Shown: piece after piece, positions 1-7,503 of the stretch | Layout: each line of letters begins with the position of its first letter | Position numbering within the stretch: position 1 is the first letter of the stretch | DNA from: an uncultured Deinococcales bacterium | GTDB lineage: Bacteria > Deinococcota > Deinococci > Deinococcales > JAAFIG01 | Length of the DNA: 16,551 bases | Assembly: GCA_964247135.1 (NCBI GenBank) | Contig: CAXTTL010000101.1 | Span: 1 to 16,551 of the forward strand | Reading direction: 5' to 3' | Made by a program: the position numbers and the translations under genes | The notes under the pieces: model-generated | Database searches by the model: none | Seen by the model: the letters and a program-made list of their open reading frames with translations, nothing else | Told to the model about the DNA's origin: nothing

Positions 1-250
1 GATTGAAGTTTGGCTTTTGACAAGTCCGTAAACAAAGCCATTTCGCGTTCCGCTTTAGGTCTTGTGACCCCTCAGTTGCGTATCCAAACCGTCTCGAGAT
101 TCCATCGGCAGCGTCCTGCCCCAAGAATCCCAACGCCTGGGATTGCGCCAGAACCCCCTTTCCAGATCTTTTCGCCTGGGCATTGCGGCTCAAGCTCGGA
201 TTGATGCTAAGGGTGGACCGGTCACAACTTGGTCATAAGTTTGCCAACGG

Positions 251-284
251 CAATCAATACTATCGTACCAGACAGTATTGATTG
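251..284. promoter_or_regulatory. AT-rich perfect 11-bp inverted repeat with 12-nt spacer (operator or terminator-like hairpin)
   Basis: CAATCAATACT (251-261) and AGTATTGATTG (274-284) are exact reverse complements. It lies about 27 nt downstream of the stop of the minus-strand STAND gene. There is no clear U-tract. Confidence 0.4.
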
Positions 285-311
285 TCAGAAATTAGAACGG
301 AAAAACCCTTT

Positions 312-3300
312 TCAGACGCTTGGTTGTGGCGTCAGAAAACCGTCCATCGTTTCGGGAAGCAGTTCGCCAACCTCGAGCAACCTCGAGTAGCCTTCGGCGT
401 AAACCGAGCGTGCCCGTTTGAGATGACCGGCGCGTTCCAGGCAAGCCAGCGTCAAACGCAAGATTTTTGCATTGTAAGGCTCCATCTCGAGCAGGATTAA
501 GCCCAATCGGGCTGCCTCGTTCGGGTTTGACTCGAACAGCGATTCGACGCTGGTCTGCAAACCGGTGGTCAGGGCGTTGCGCACCCCAAGCAACCAATTG
601 TCTTCCAGGCTGCCCTGATACACCCCGCGCCAGAGTGATGAATCGCCAGTTTGCAAAAAGTCTTCGGCATCGCTCGAGATGGCTCCCAGGGCGTATCCAC
701 CTGCAGTGCTGACCAGGCTATCAACACCCAAGACAGAACGGTTGAGGTACACCAGTTGCTTGAGGGCTTTTTTCGCCTCCAATTCGGGCATGTTCGGATA
801 CAGCGCGACGACGAGTTCGCGGGTATTTGCCTCGGATCGACCAGAGATTCGCGTCTCGAGCAGGTAACTGAGAATCTCGAGGCGCTTGTGGGCGCGTGTG
901 ATGACGGGTTGATCGTTGCGAAACAGACGAATCGCGCCGAGCACCTCGATTCGCGCCGTCGTGAAAGAAACCTGCACTGGTTCGATCTCTTCGGTCAGGA
1001 AATCCCGCCTGGTTCGCAGGACGATTGCCCCAAGCCCGCGCCGTTCAAACCACTCGAGCAATTCCAAACCGCGCCGGCGGTCACCCCGAAGACGGGCGAT
1101 GGCAAGTTCAGCCTCGCGTTGATCCTCGATAAATGCGGTTTTGCGTGCGATTTCCTGCCAGCGAAGCAGTGCCGCATCCGGCTGACCGTTTGCCTCGAGG
1201 GCTGTCGCCAGGGCAAACTCGCAGGCACCAACGTCGGTCAGCGAAGTCAAACCGAGGGCGTTCGCCTCGAGCGCCAGTTTGAGCGCCTGTACGGGATCAC
1301 CAAGCCATGCCTCGATCCGCGCAGCGACCGCCAACGCAGCACCAAGGCAGCGCACGTTCGCCAGTTCGCGCGAATGCTGAACCGCGTCCCGAGCAAATTT
1401 TAATGCCAGCACGGCACCGTGCGGTGGACGCCACTGCGCGTAAAGATCGGCGAGCGCCCACTCGGCGTTCGCCAGCCTGTGGCTGACCTCGAGACGTGAC
1501 AGCGTTTCAAAGCCTGCCAAAATCAAGGCTTCGGCGTCACCAAAACGTCCCAACCGTGTCAAGATCGCACCGAGCACGGTTCTGGCATTCGCGCTGTACT
1601 CAAAGACCCCAGCCTGATCGCCCAACGAAATCGCATCCTCGAGGCTTTTGATCGCCTGCTGGTAACGACCCAGGCGGCACAGGTTGAACGAGCGGTTGTA
1701 GTAACTCGAGGCGATATTGCCCGCCCCACCGGCTTGCAGCGCCAGCTCGAGATGCTGCTCGTGCAACTGCTGGGCTTCCTCCAAGCGACCCTGTTCGGAG
1801 CGGATGAACGCCAGCATTCCAATCACATTGCGGTGTCTGCCGACAGGGTCTGGCTTTTCGAGCGCTTGGGCAATCAGGTGCTCAGCGTTTTGAAAGTCGC
1901 CCAGGTTCGCGTAGGCTTCCGCCGCGTAAGCGACGCTTCTGGGAAACTGAAGTAATTCTGGATGATCGCGCCAGGTTTGAAGCGCCTCCACCGAGTTCGT
2001 GCTGCGGGTTTGGGCATTGAACAGCGCATTCACCCAGCGGGCTTCGGAACGCTCACGCGCTGGCAGCTCGGCGATCAGGGCTTTGACCGGCTCAACTTGA
2101 CCGACAGTTGCCAAAGTCATCGCCAGCTTGAGCTGGGTGTCGCGGTTGTCGGGTTGTGCCCCATGAGCCAAACGCAGCAATTTCAGCCGTGGCGTGAAGG
2201 TTCCTCGGGTTTGAAACAGGGCGTCCGCCTCGAGCGCCAAGCGCATTCGCCCTTCACCGGAGGCGCGTTCGGCAGCCATTCCCAGCAGGTGCGCGGCACG
2301 GTCCAAATCGCCCTGCTCTCGCAACCGGGATGCGGCTCGCTCAAGGCGCTCGATTGCCGCCACAGGCTCGAGTCCCGCGTCATCGATGTAATCGGCAGCC
2401 AACACCAGATCGATTGGCTCGAGCACTTGCATGGCGCGCTCAGCGTAGCTGGCGCGTCGGGCTGCCGGCAGGTCGCGCCGCGTGATTTCGGCAAACAGTG
2501 GATGAACAAAGGCTTGGTTGTTGAATACACCACCGCGCTCGAGAAACCCAATGGCATCGAGCAGCGGCTGGCGTTCAAGCGCCGCAACGTGTTCCCAGAC
2601 GGACAAAAGCACGTCCAAAGCCAGATGATCCGGCAAGATCGCCCTGGTTTCCAGCACCGCCTGGATTTCTGGGGTCGTCGTCAAACCCAGGGTCAACTGC
2701 GAAATCAAAGCCTCGACCGTCATCGGCATAAAGTCTTCGGGAGGTTTGCGCCAGTGCCAGGATTCGCCGTCCGACCACAAAAAACCTTGACGGTTCAGGA
2801 ACCGCACAAACTCGAGCGTGAACAACGGATTGCCACAGGTGCGTCCAAACACCCACTCGAGTCCGTCGTTCGGGGCTGGGGCGTTCAACCCGTGTTCGAT
2901 CAACGCGGCTGTCTCCAAAAAAGAGAGTGGCTCGAGCTTGTGGTTTCGGATTGGCGCCGAGGGTTCTGATCGACCCGTGACCAGCAAACCCACCCCGCGC
3001 GTTCGAGCAATCGACTGGGCGAGCATCACAATCAAATCCAGACGCTCAACGCTTGCCTCGTGCGCATCTTCGAGGTGCAACACGAACGGCGCGAGCGCAC
3101 TTAAAATTGCCGCCAGCAACGCCGCAAAAGTGCTGTTCCCTGGCTGCTCACCGCGCTCGAGTCGCGCAAGTTGGGCTTGCACCCAAACGGGCTGTTTTTT
3201 GGCTTGGGGCAACATCGTAACGATCTGCACCGCGCCGGTCGTGGCGTGCAGGCTCAGATGACGGCACTGGACCCGCGACAGAACCTCACGGGCGGTGTGG

Positions 3301-3407
3301 GTCTTGCCGATTCCTGGTTCGCCCCAGAGTCCAACAGCCGTACCGACAAACTTGGAGACAACCACGTTCAGTTGCCGAGCAAGCTGCAACACAACATCTT
3401 GCCTCAC
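312..3407 (-). CDS. Large STAND/AAA-ATPase + TPR-repeat protein with C-terminal SARP/BTAD-like transcriptional activator region
   Basis: 1031-aa ORF with Walker A GEPGIGKT, Walker B LHLEDAH and a GNPLF motif typical of STAND NTPases. It has TPR-like helices (GRLEEAQQLH, GRYQQAIKSLEDA). The C-terminus IEVLGAIRLFR...LLEMEPYNAKILRLTLACLERAG resembles wHTH+BTAD. GTG start with AAGGGTG upstream. Confidence 0.8.
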   Translation of the reverse strand: MRQDVVLQLARQLNVVVSKFVGTAVGLWGEPGIGKTHTAREVLSRVQCRHLSLHATTGAVQIVTMLPQAKKQPVWVQAQLARLERGEQPGNSTFAALLAAILSALAPFVLHLEDAHEASVERLDLIVMLAQSIARTRGVGLLVTGRSEPSAPIRNHKLEPLSFLETAALIEHGLNAPAPNDGLEWVFGRTCGNPLFTLEFVRFLNRQGFLWSDGESWHWRKPPEDFMPMTVEALISQLTLGLTTTPEIQAVLETRAILPDHLALDVLLSVWEHVAALERQPLLDAIGFLERGGVFNNQAFVHPLFAEITRRDLPAARRASYAERAMQVLEPIDLVLAADYIDDAGLEPVAAIERLERAASRLREQGDLDRAAHLLGMAAERASGEGRMRLALEADALFQTRGTFTPRLKLLRLAHGAQPDNRDTQLKLAMTLATVGQVEPVKALIAELPARERSEARWVNALFNAQTRSTNSVEALQTWRDHPELLQFPRSVAYAAEAYANLGDFQNAEHLIAQALEKPDPVGRHRNVIGMLAFIRSEQGRLEEAQQLHEQHLELALQAGGAGNIASSYYNRSFNLCRLGRYQQAIKSLEDAISLGDQAGVFEYSANARTVLGAILTRLGRFGDAEALILAGFETLSRLEVSHRLANAEWALADLYAQWRPPHGAVLALKFARDAVQHSRELANVRCLGAALAVAARIEAWLGDPVQALKLALEANALGLTSLTDVGACEFALATALEANGQPDAALLRWQEIARKTAFIEDQREAELAIARLRGDRRRGLELLEWFERRGLGAIVLRTRRDFLTEEIEPVQVSFTTARIEVLGAIRLFRNDQPVITRAHKRLEILSYLLETRISGRSEANTRELVVALYPNMPELEAKKALKQLVYLNRSVLGVDSLVSTAGGYALGAISSDAEDFLQTGDSSLWRGVYQGSLEDNWLLGVRNALTTGLQTSVESLFESNPNEAARLGLILLEMEPYNAKILRLTLACLERAGHLKRARSVYAEGYSRLLEVGELLPETMDGFLTPQPSV

Positions 3408-3721
3408 ACAAGCACCCTTTGAGCTTTAACTGTTCGATTCTGCACGACATATTGTATTTGAAATATAGTGCAACTTAACTTTAACCCTCAAAAGTATTGT
3501 CTGGTGCAGTAAATATTACCTCAAAGGAGATCGCGCCAACCGGCAAACCCAAAACGATCACAATCCATCCCAAGTTAAATCTCAATCCCACTTCAAAAAT
3601 CAAAACCAATCACAGGCTCGGCACTCGAGTTTGACCTGCCACCACAAATTTCGGACCCGATCCCTCACTTCTGAGATCGGTTTCATGTTGGGTCCATGAC
3701 CCACAAGGCAAAAAATCAAAT

Positions 3722-4444
3722 TTATTGTTTCTTACGACTCTTTTTCGGCGCCGGCAAGGCGTTCATGCTCGAGACTCGGGTCGATATTTCATGTTGAAGT
3801 TTGGCAATGTCGTGCTCGAGGCGGTCTTGGGCGCTGTCAAGCTCGAAACGAAGCCGCATGATCTCCTCCACCCCAGCCAAGTTGACGCCAAGTTCTTGGG
3901 TTAAGCGCCGCACCTCGCGCAAATGATCGACATCGCGGTCAGAGTAAAGGCGCGTTTTACCGCCCGAACGGCGCGGACGAATCAAACCTTTGCGCTCATA
4001 CAAGCGCAAGGTCTGCGGATGCATTTCGACCAGTTCGGACGCCACCGAAATCACGTACACGGGGCGGTCCTTGGGGTCGCTCGAGACGCTGCCATTTTCG
4101 AGCGCTCGAGCCTCACGCTGGCTGGTTTCGAACTCGGAGCGCAGTTGCGTTTCCAAATCTGAAATTTCCATCTCGAGTTGGACTTGAACATCATCGAGTT
4201 CGTGCCTGAGTTTCATGACCTCCTCGACGCCAGCCAAATTGACGCCCAATTCTTGGGTCAAACGCCGAATCTCGCGCAGGTGATCGATGTCGCGCTCCGA
4301 ATACAACCGCGTTTTGCCGCTCGAGCGACCAGGACGAATCAAGCCCTTGCGTTCATAAAGGCGCAGGGTTTGTGGGTGCATGTCTGTCAGCTCTGCTGCG
4401 ACAGAGATCACGTAAACTGGGCGATCTCGAGCATCCTGGGTCAT
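3722..4444 (-). CDS. hspR: Heat-shock repressor HspR, fused tandem (two MerR-type HTH domains)
   Basis: Two near-identical repeats of [60 protein letters not shown], the HspR signature, each followed by a coiled coil. Confidence 0.9.
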   Translation of the reverse strand: MTQDARDRPVYVISVAAELTDMHPQTLRLYERKGLIRPGRSSGKTRLYSERDIDHLREIRRLTQELGVNLAGVEEVMKLRHELDDVQVQLEMEISDLETQLRSEFETSQREARALENGSVSSDPKDRPVYVISVASELVEMHPQTLRLYERKGLIRPRRSGGKTRLYSDRDVDHLREVRRLTQELGVNLAGVEEIMRLRFELDSAQDRLEHDIAKLQHEISTRVSSMNALPAPKKSRKKQ

Positions 4445-4450
4445 GGTTAC

Positions 4451-4456
4451 AGTATA
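4451..4456 (-). promoter_or_regulatory. -10 box TATACT, 6 nt before the hspR ATG (leaderless promoter)
   Basis: Minus strand reads TATACT-gtaacc-ATG with no Shine-Dalgarno. Confidence 0.7.
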
Positions 4457-4477
4457 CCTGATAAGGGTACGCTCATG
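4457..4477. promoter_or_regulatory. Degenerate HAIR-like operator (possible HspR autoregulation)
   Basis: CCTGATA-N7-GCTCATG matches 9/14 positions of the HAIR consensus CTTGAGT-N7-ACTCAAG and abuts the hspR -10 box. Confidence 0.4.
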
Positions 4478-4598
4478 GAATCGTTTTGGTCACACTCGAG
4501 AATTGTAAAACCCAAGCAATAACTTTTTGATCGCATGGGTTCCTGAGGGCACGATGCGCAGATTCTCAAACTCAAATCCGGATCATCAACGCGCTGGG

Positions 4599-4604
4599 TA
4601 AACT
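4599..4604 (+). promoter_or_regulatory. -10 box TAAACT, 6 nt before the GTG of the PLD gene (leaderless promoter)
   Basis: TAAACT-tggaac-GTG with no Shine-Dalgarno. Confidence 0.6.
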
Positions 4605-4610
4605 TGGAAC

Positions 4611-5951
4611 GTGAACTATTTTAGGTATTTGATGGCGGTTTCGGCACTCGTTTTGGTCACCAGCGCCTGCCTCGAGCCGAGGGCGCAAGCGGGACACCCA
4701 AGTCCAGCAAAGCTTTTTATCGAACCCAAAGACGGCATTCAACCCATTTTGGCTGCCATCAACGCCGCCAAGCTTTCAATTCGGCACAAAATTTACTTGT
4801 TCACCGACTCGAGGCAAGACGTGATTGACGCCCTGGTTGCCGCCAAAACTCGAGGGGTGGATGTGAAAATATTGCTCGAGCGCGAACCGAGCGGAACGGT
4901 CGGCGGCAACACGGCGATTTTCTTAAAACTCAAAGATGCAGGCTTGAACGTACAATTGACCAAAGCGTTCAAGTTTGTCTTCGTTCACGAAAAAAGTTTT
5001 GTGATTGACAACCAAACCGCCATCATCTCCACCGCGAACATCACGGGCAGCAGTTTCTCGAGCAACCGCGAGTATTTGGTGCAACTCGAGCAGCCAGAAT
5101 TGGTGGGCGAGATTGCCAGTGTTTTTGATGCCGATTGGGCTGGAACAGATGTTGATCTCAAAGACGCCAAATTGGTTTGGAGTCCGAGCCAGACAACCTC
5201 AGCGGGTTTGGTGCGCGGCAACGCTCGAGCAAAAATCTTAGACCTGATTAACACCGCCAAGCAAAGTTTGCTGCTCGAGCAAGAGGCAATGGCGGATGAA
5301 GAAGTGATTCAGGCTTTGATTGCGGCGCAAGCTCGAGGGGTGATGGTTGGATTTGTGGGGTCGCCTAAACCACCCACTGACACGTACATTGTCGCCGGTG
5401 CAGAGCGATTGAAGGCGGCTGGCATCAAAATTCGTTGGTTGCTGAATAATTTTGTTCATGCCAAAGTTATTTTGGCAGACGATGCTCGAGCGTTCGTTGG
5501 CTCGGAAAACATCAGCATCAACAGTTTAAACGCCAACCGCGAACTTGGCGTGATCCTCGAGAAAACCGATGCACCTGAAGCGATAACGCAGCTCAAAACC
5601 CAACTCGAGGCTGATGTCAATTCAGGCGTTGAAGTGAACCCGTTCACCTTGCCAGCGTTAAAAGAAATCCAAGCTGCCGAAAAAATGTCCGAATTTCTTG
5701 GGCGTGAGGTGACGCTCGAGGGCGTAATTCAAGAAGTTGAAAAACGCGATACTGGTGTGAGTTTCCTCAAATTTGGAACTGGCGAACTTGCCCCTCGAGC
5801 CGTGGTGTTTGCCAGAAATTATGATGCTTTCGCGCAGCCGTTTCCAGATTTTTACAAAGGCAAACGCGTGCAAATTACGGGTCGGGTGCAACTGTACGGC
5901 GACTATTTTGAGGTCATTCTGGATTCGCCGAATCAAATCAAGCTGCTCTGA
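4611..5951 (+). CDS. Phospholipase D superfamily lipoprotein with C-terminal OB-fold-like domain
   Basis: Two HxKxxxxD motifs (HEKSFVID, HAKVILAD with downstream GSEN). N-terminal signal peptide ending LVTSAC (lipobox-like). The C-terminal ~85 aa GREVTLEGVI...GKRVQITGRVQLY...EVILDSPNQI resembles a nucleic-acid-binding OB fold. Confidence 0.85.
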   Translation: MNYFRYLMAVSALVLVTSACLEPRAQAGHPSPAKLFIEPKDGIQPILAAINAAKLSIRHKIYLFTDSRQDVIDALVAAKTRGVDVKILLEREPSGTVGGNTAIFLKLKDAGLNVQLTKAFKFVFVHEKSFVIDNQTAIISTANITGSSFSSNREYLVQLEQPELVGEIASVFDADWAGTDVDLKDAKLVWSPSQTTSAGLVRGNARAKILDLINTAKQSLLLEQEAMADEEVIQALIAAQARGVMVGFVGSPKPPTDTYIVAGAERLKAAGIKIRWLLNNFVHAKVILADDARAFVGSENISINSLNANRELGVILEKTDAPEAITQLKTQLEADVNSGVEVNPFTLPALKEIQAAEKMSEFLGREVTLEGVIQEVEKRDTGVSFLKFGTGELAPRAVVFARNYDAFAQPFPDFYKGKRVQITGRVQLYGDYFEVILDSPNQIKLL

Positions 5952-5968
5952 GCAAAGCCCCGAGTCCC

Positions 5969-6094
5969 GTAGGGTGCGCCGTGCGCACCACGAGAAAACT
6001 TGCCCAATTACAACGCTTAACGCGAGAATCTACAATCGATTTTGCAGGACTACTTGAAGCATGGGTTGTCAACGGTGCGCGAGGCGCACCCTAC
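5969..6094. repeat. REPIN: inverted pair of 21-bp GTAG-type REP units with 84-bp spacer
   Basis: GTAGGGTGCGCCGTGCGCACC (5969-5989) and GGTGCGCGAGGCGCACCCTAC (6074-6094; reverse complement GTAGGGTGCGCCTCGCGCACC). Each unit is GTAG plus a GGTGCGC-N3-GCGCACC hairpin. Confidence 0.85.
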
Positions 6095-6311
6095 CGAATC
6101 ATCTGGGAATTGCACTGCGCCGAGCTGTCGTTTAAAGCCCTCCAAACCTCACACGCTCGAGTTTCCACGGCGCAATTTCCAAAAACGAAACAGAATTGAC
6201 ACAAACTCAAGGTTTGATGATTCAATTCACAACTTAACCCCCTGTTGAAATGCTCGAGACTCTGGCATAATGCAAAGCGCAACTCAAGCAGGAAAATTTA
6301 GAGGAGGAAGT

Positions 6312-7430
6312 ATGAAGAAAGTCGCATTGGGAATTGTTGCTCTCGCACTCGCCGCAGGTTTTACCACGGCGCAACAACAAGTTCGCGTCGGGATCGCATT
6401 TGATGCCGGTGGCAAAAACGATAAGTCGTTCAACCAGAGCGCCTACGAGGGTGCTCAAAAAGCCGTCAAAGACCTGAAAATCGATTACCGCGATTTCGAG
6501 CCGAGCGACCCCAGCCAAGTCGGTCCAGGCATCCGTAAATTTGCCGAGGACGGTTTTGATCTGGTGATCGGTGTGGGCTTTGCCAACACTTCCGCCATTT
6601 CTGCCACCGCCAAAGAATTCCCAGACACCAAGTTTGCCGTGATCGACGACATTCCAGAGGGCGCGAATACAACCGGCGCAGTCTTCCGCGAACACGAGGG
6701 CAGCTTCTTGGTTGGATACATCGCCGGCAAGACCACCAGCACCAATGTCGTCGGTTTCGTCGGCGGCATGGACATTCCGTTGATTCACAAGTTCGATGCT
6801 GGTTACACCGCAGGCGTGAAATATGCTTGCCCCAAATGCACAGTTATTAGCAATTACGTCGGCACGACACCAGCCGCCTGGAATGACCCCGCCAAAGCCA
6901 AAGAAATCAGCGCCGCCCAAGCCGCCAAGGGAGCAGACATTATTTACGCCGCAGCCGGAGCCAGCGGTTCTGGCGTGCAAACCTATGTCAAAGACACCAA
7001 ATGCGTGGACGGTGCCAAATTGCCAGCAGGCGTTAAGTTAAACCCAATGAACGTGGCGATCAAGAACCTAGCGAAACCAGCCGATTACAAAGCCAAGTGC
7101 GTGGGTGCAAACGACCGTCCAATGTTCTTTATTGGTGTTGACGCCAACCAAAACTACCTTGGTGACAGTGACAACAATCCAAAGACCCTTAATTATGGTT
7201 TGACTTCCATGATGAAACGAGTAGATGTTGCCGTATATCAAATCATTAAAGATACCGTTGATGGAAAAGGTTGGACAAGCGGACCTCGGGAGTTTGGTTT
7301 GGACAACAATGGCGTTGGATATGCACTTGACGCCTACAACAAGTCACTCGTGAGCAGCACCACCATCAAGAAGCTCGAAGCGCTCAAAGCCGACATCATT
7401 TCGGGCAAGATCAAAGTTCCAAGCAAGTAA
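6312..7430 (+). CDS. BMP-family (PnrA/TmpC-like) ABC substrate-binding protein, probably for nucleosides
   Basis: Motifs GGKNDKSFNQSAYEG, FREHEGSFLVG, GADIIYAAAGASG, IGVDANQ and TSMMKRVD. Strong SD GAGGAGG before the ATG at 6312, so the 6270 start in the ORF track is probably too far upstream. The signal peptide has no lipobox Cys. Confidence 0.92.
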   Translation: MKKVALGIVALALAAGFTTAQQQVRVGIAFDAGGKNDKSFNQSAYEGAQKAVKDLKIDYRDFEPSDPSQVGPGIRKFAEDGFDLVIGVGFANTSAISATAKEFPDTKFAVIDDIPEGANTTGAVFREHEGSFLVGYIAGKTTSTNVVGFVGGMDIPLIHKFDAGYTAGVKYACPKCTVISNYVGTTPAAWNDPAKAKEISAAQAAKGADIIYAAAGASGSGVQTYVKDTKCVDGAKLPAGVKLNPMNVAIKNLAKPADYKAKCVGANDRPMFFIGVDANQNYLGDSDNNPKTLNYGLTSMMKRVDVAVYQIIKDTVDGKGWTSGPREFGLDNNGVGYALDAYNKSLVSSTTIKKLEALKADIISGKIKVPSK

Positions 7431-7450
7431 ACCAACACTCGAGTTATTTG

Positions 7451-7477
7451 GAGGGCGCTTTTGCGCCCTCTTTTTTT
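7451..7477 (+). terminator. Rho-independent terminator after bmp
   Basis: GAGGGCGC-TTTT-GCGCCCTC hairpin followed by T7. Confidence 0.85.
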
Positions 7478-7489
7478 GTGGCTCGAAAG

Positions 7490-7498
7490 TGCGATAAT
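7490..7498 (+). promoter_or_regulatory. Extended -10 (TGcGATAAT), 5 nt before the ATG of the ABC ATPase (leaderless promoter)
   Basis: TGCGATAAT-gggtc-ATG immediately downstream of the bmp terminator, with no Shine-Dalgarno. Confidence 0.5.
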
Positions 7499-7503
7499 GG
7501 GTC

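Noticed and set aside
1-240. Short ORFs at the left edge (10..204 + and an open minus-strand frame running off the window)
   Set aside because: No convincing start signals or recognisable domain. Cannot be resolved without flanking sequence.
651-2969. Long + strand ORFs 651..1403 (250 aa) and 1962..2969 (335 aa)
   Set aside because: Antisense shadows of the STAND gene in GC-rich DNA, with no recognisable motifs.
6196-6271. Sigma70-like promoters for bmp (TTGACA 6196-6201; TTGAAA 6245-6250 with CATAAT 6266-6271)
   Set aside because: Spacing is non-canonical (no good -10 at 17 bp from TTGACA, and 15 bp for the second pair), so no specific call is made.
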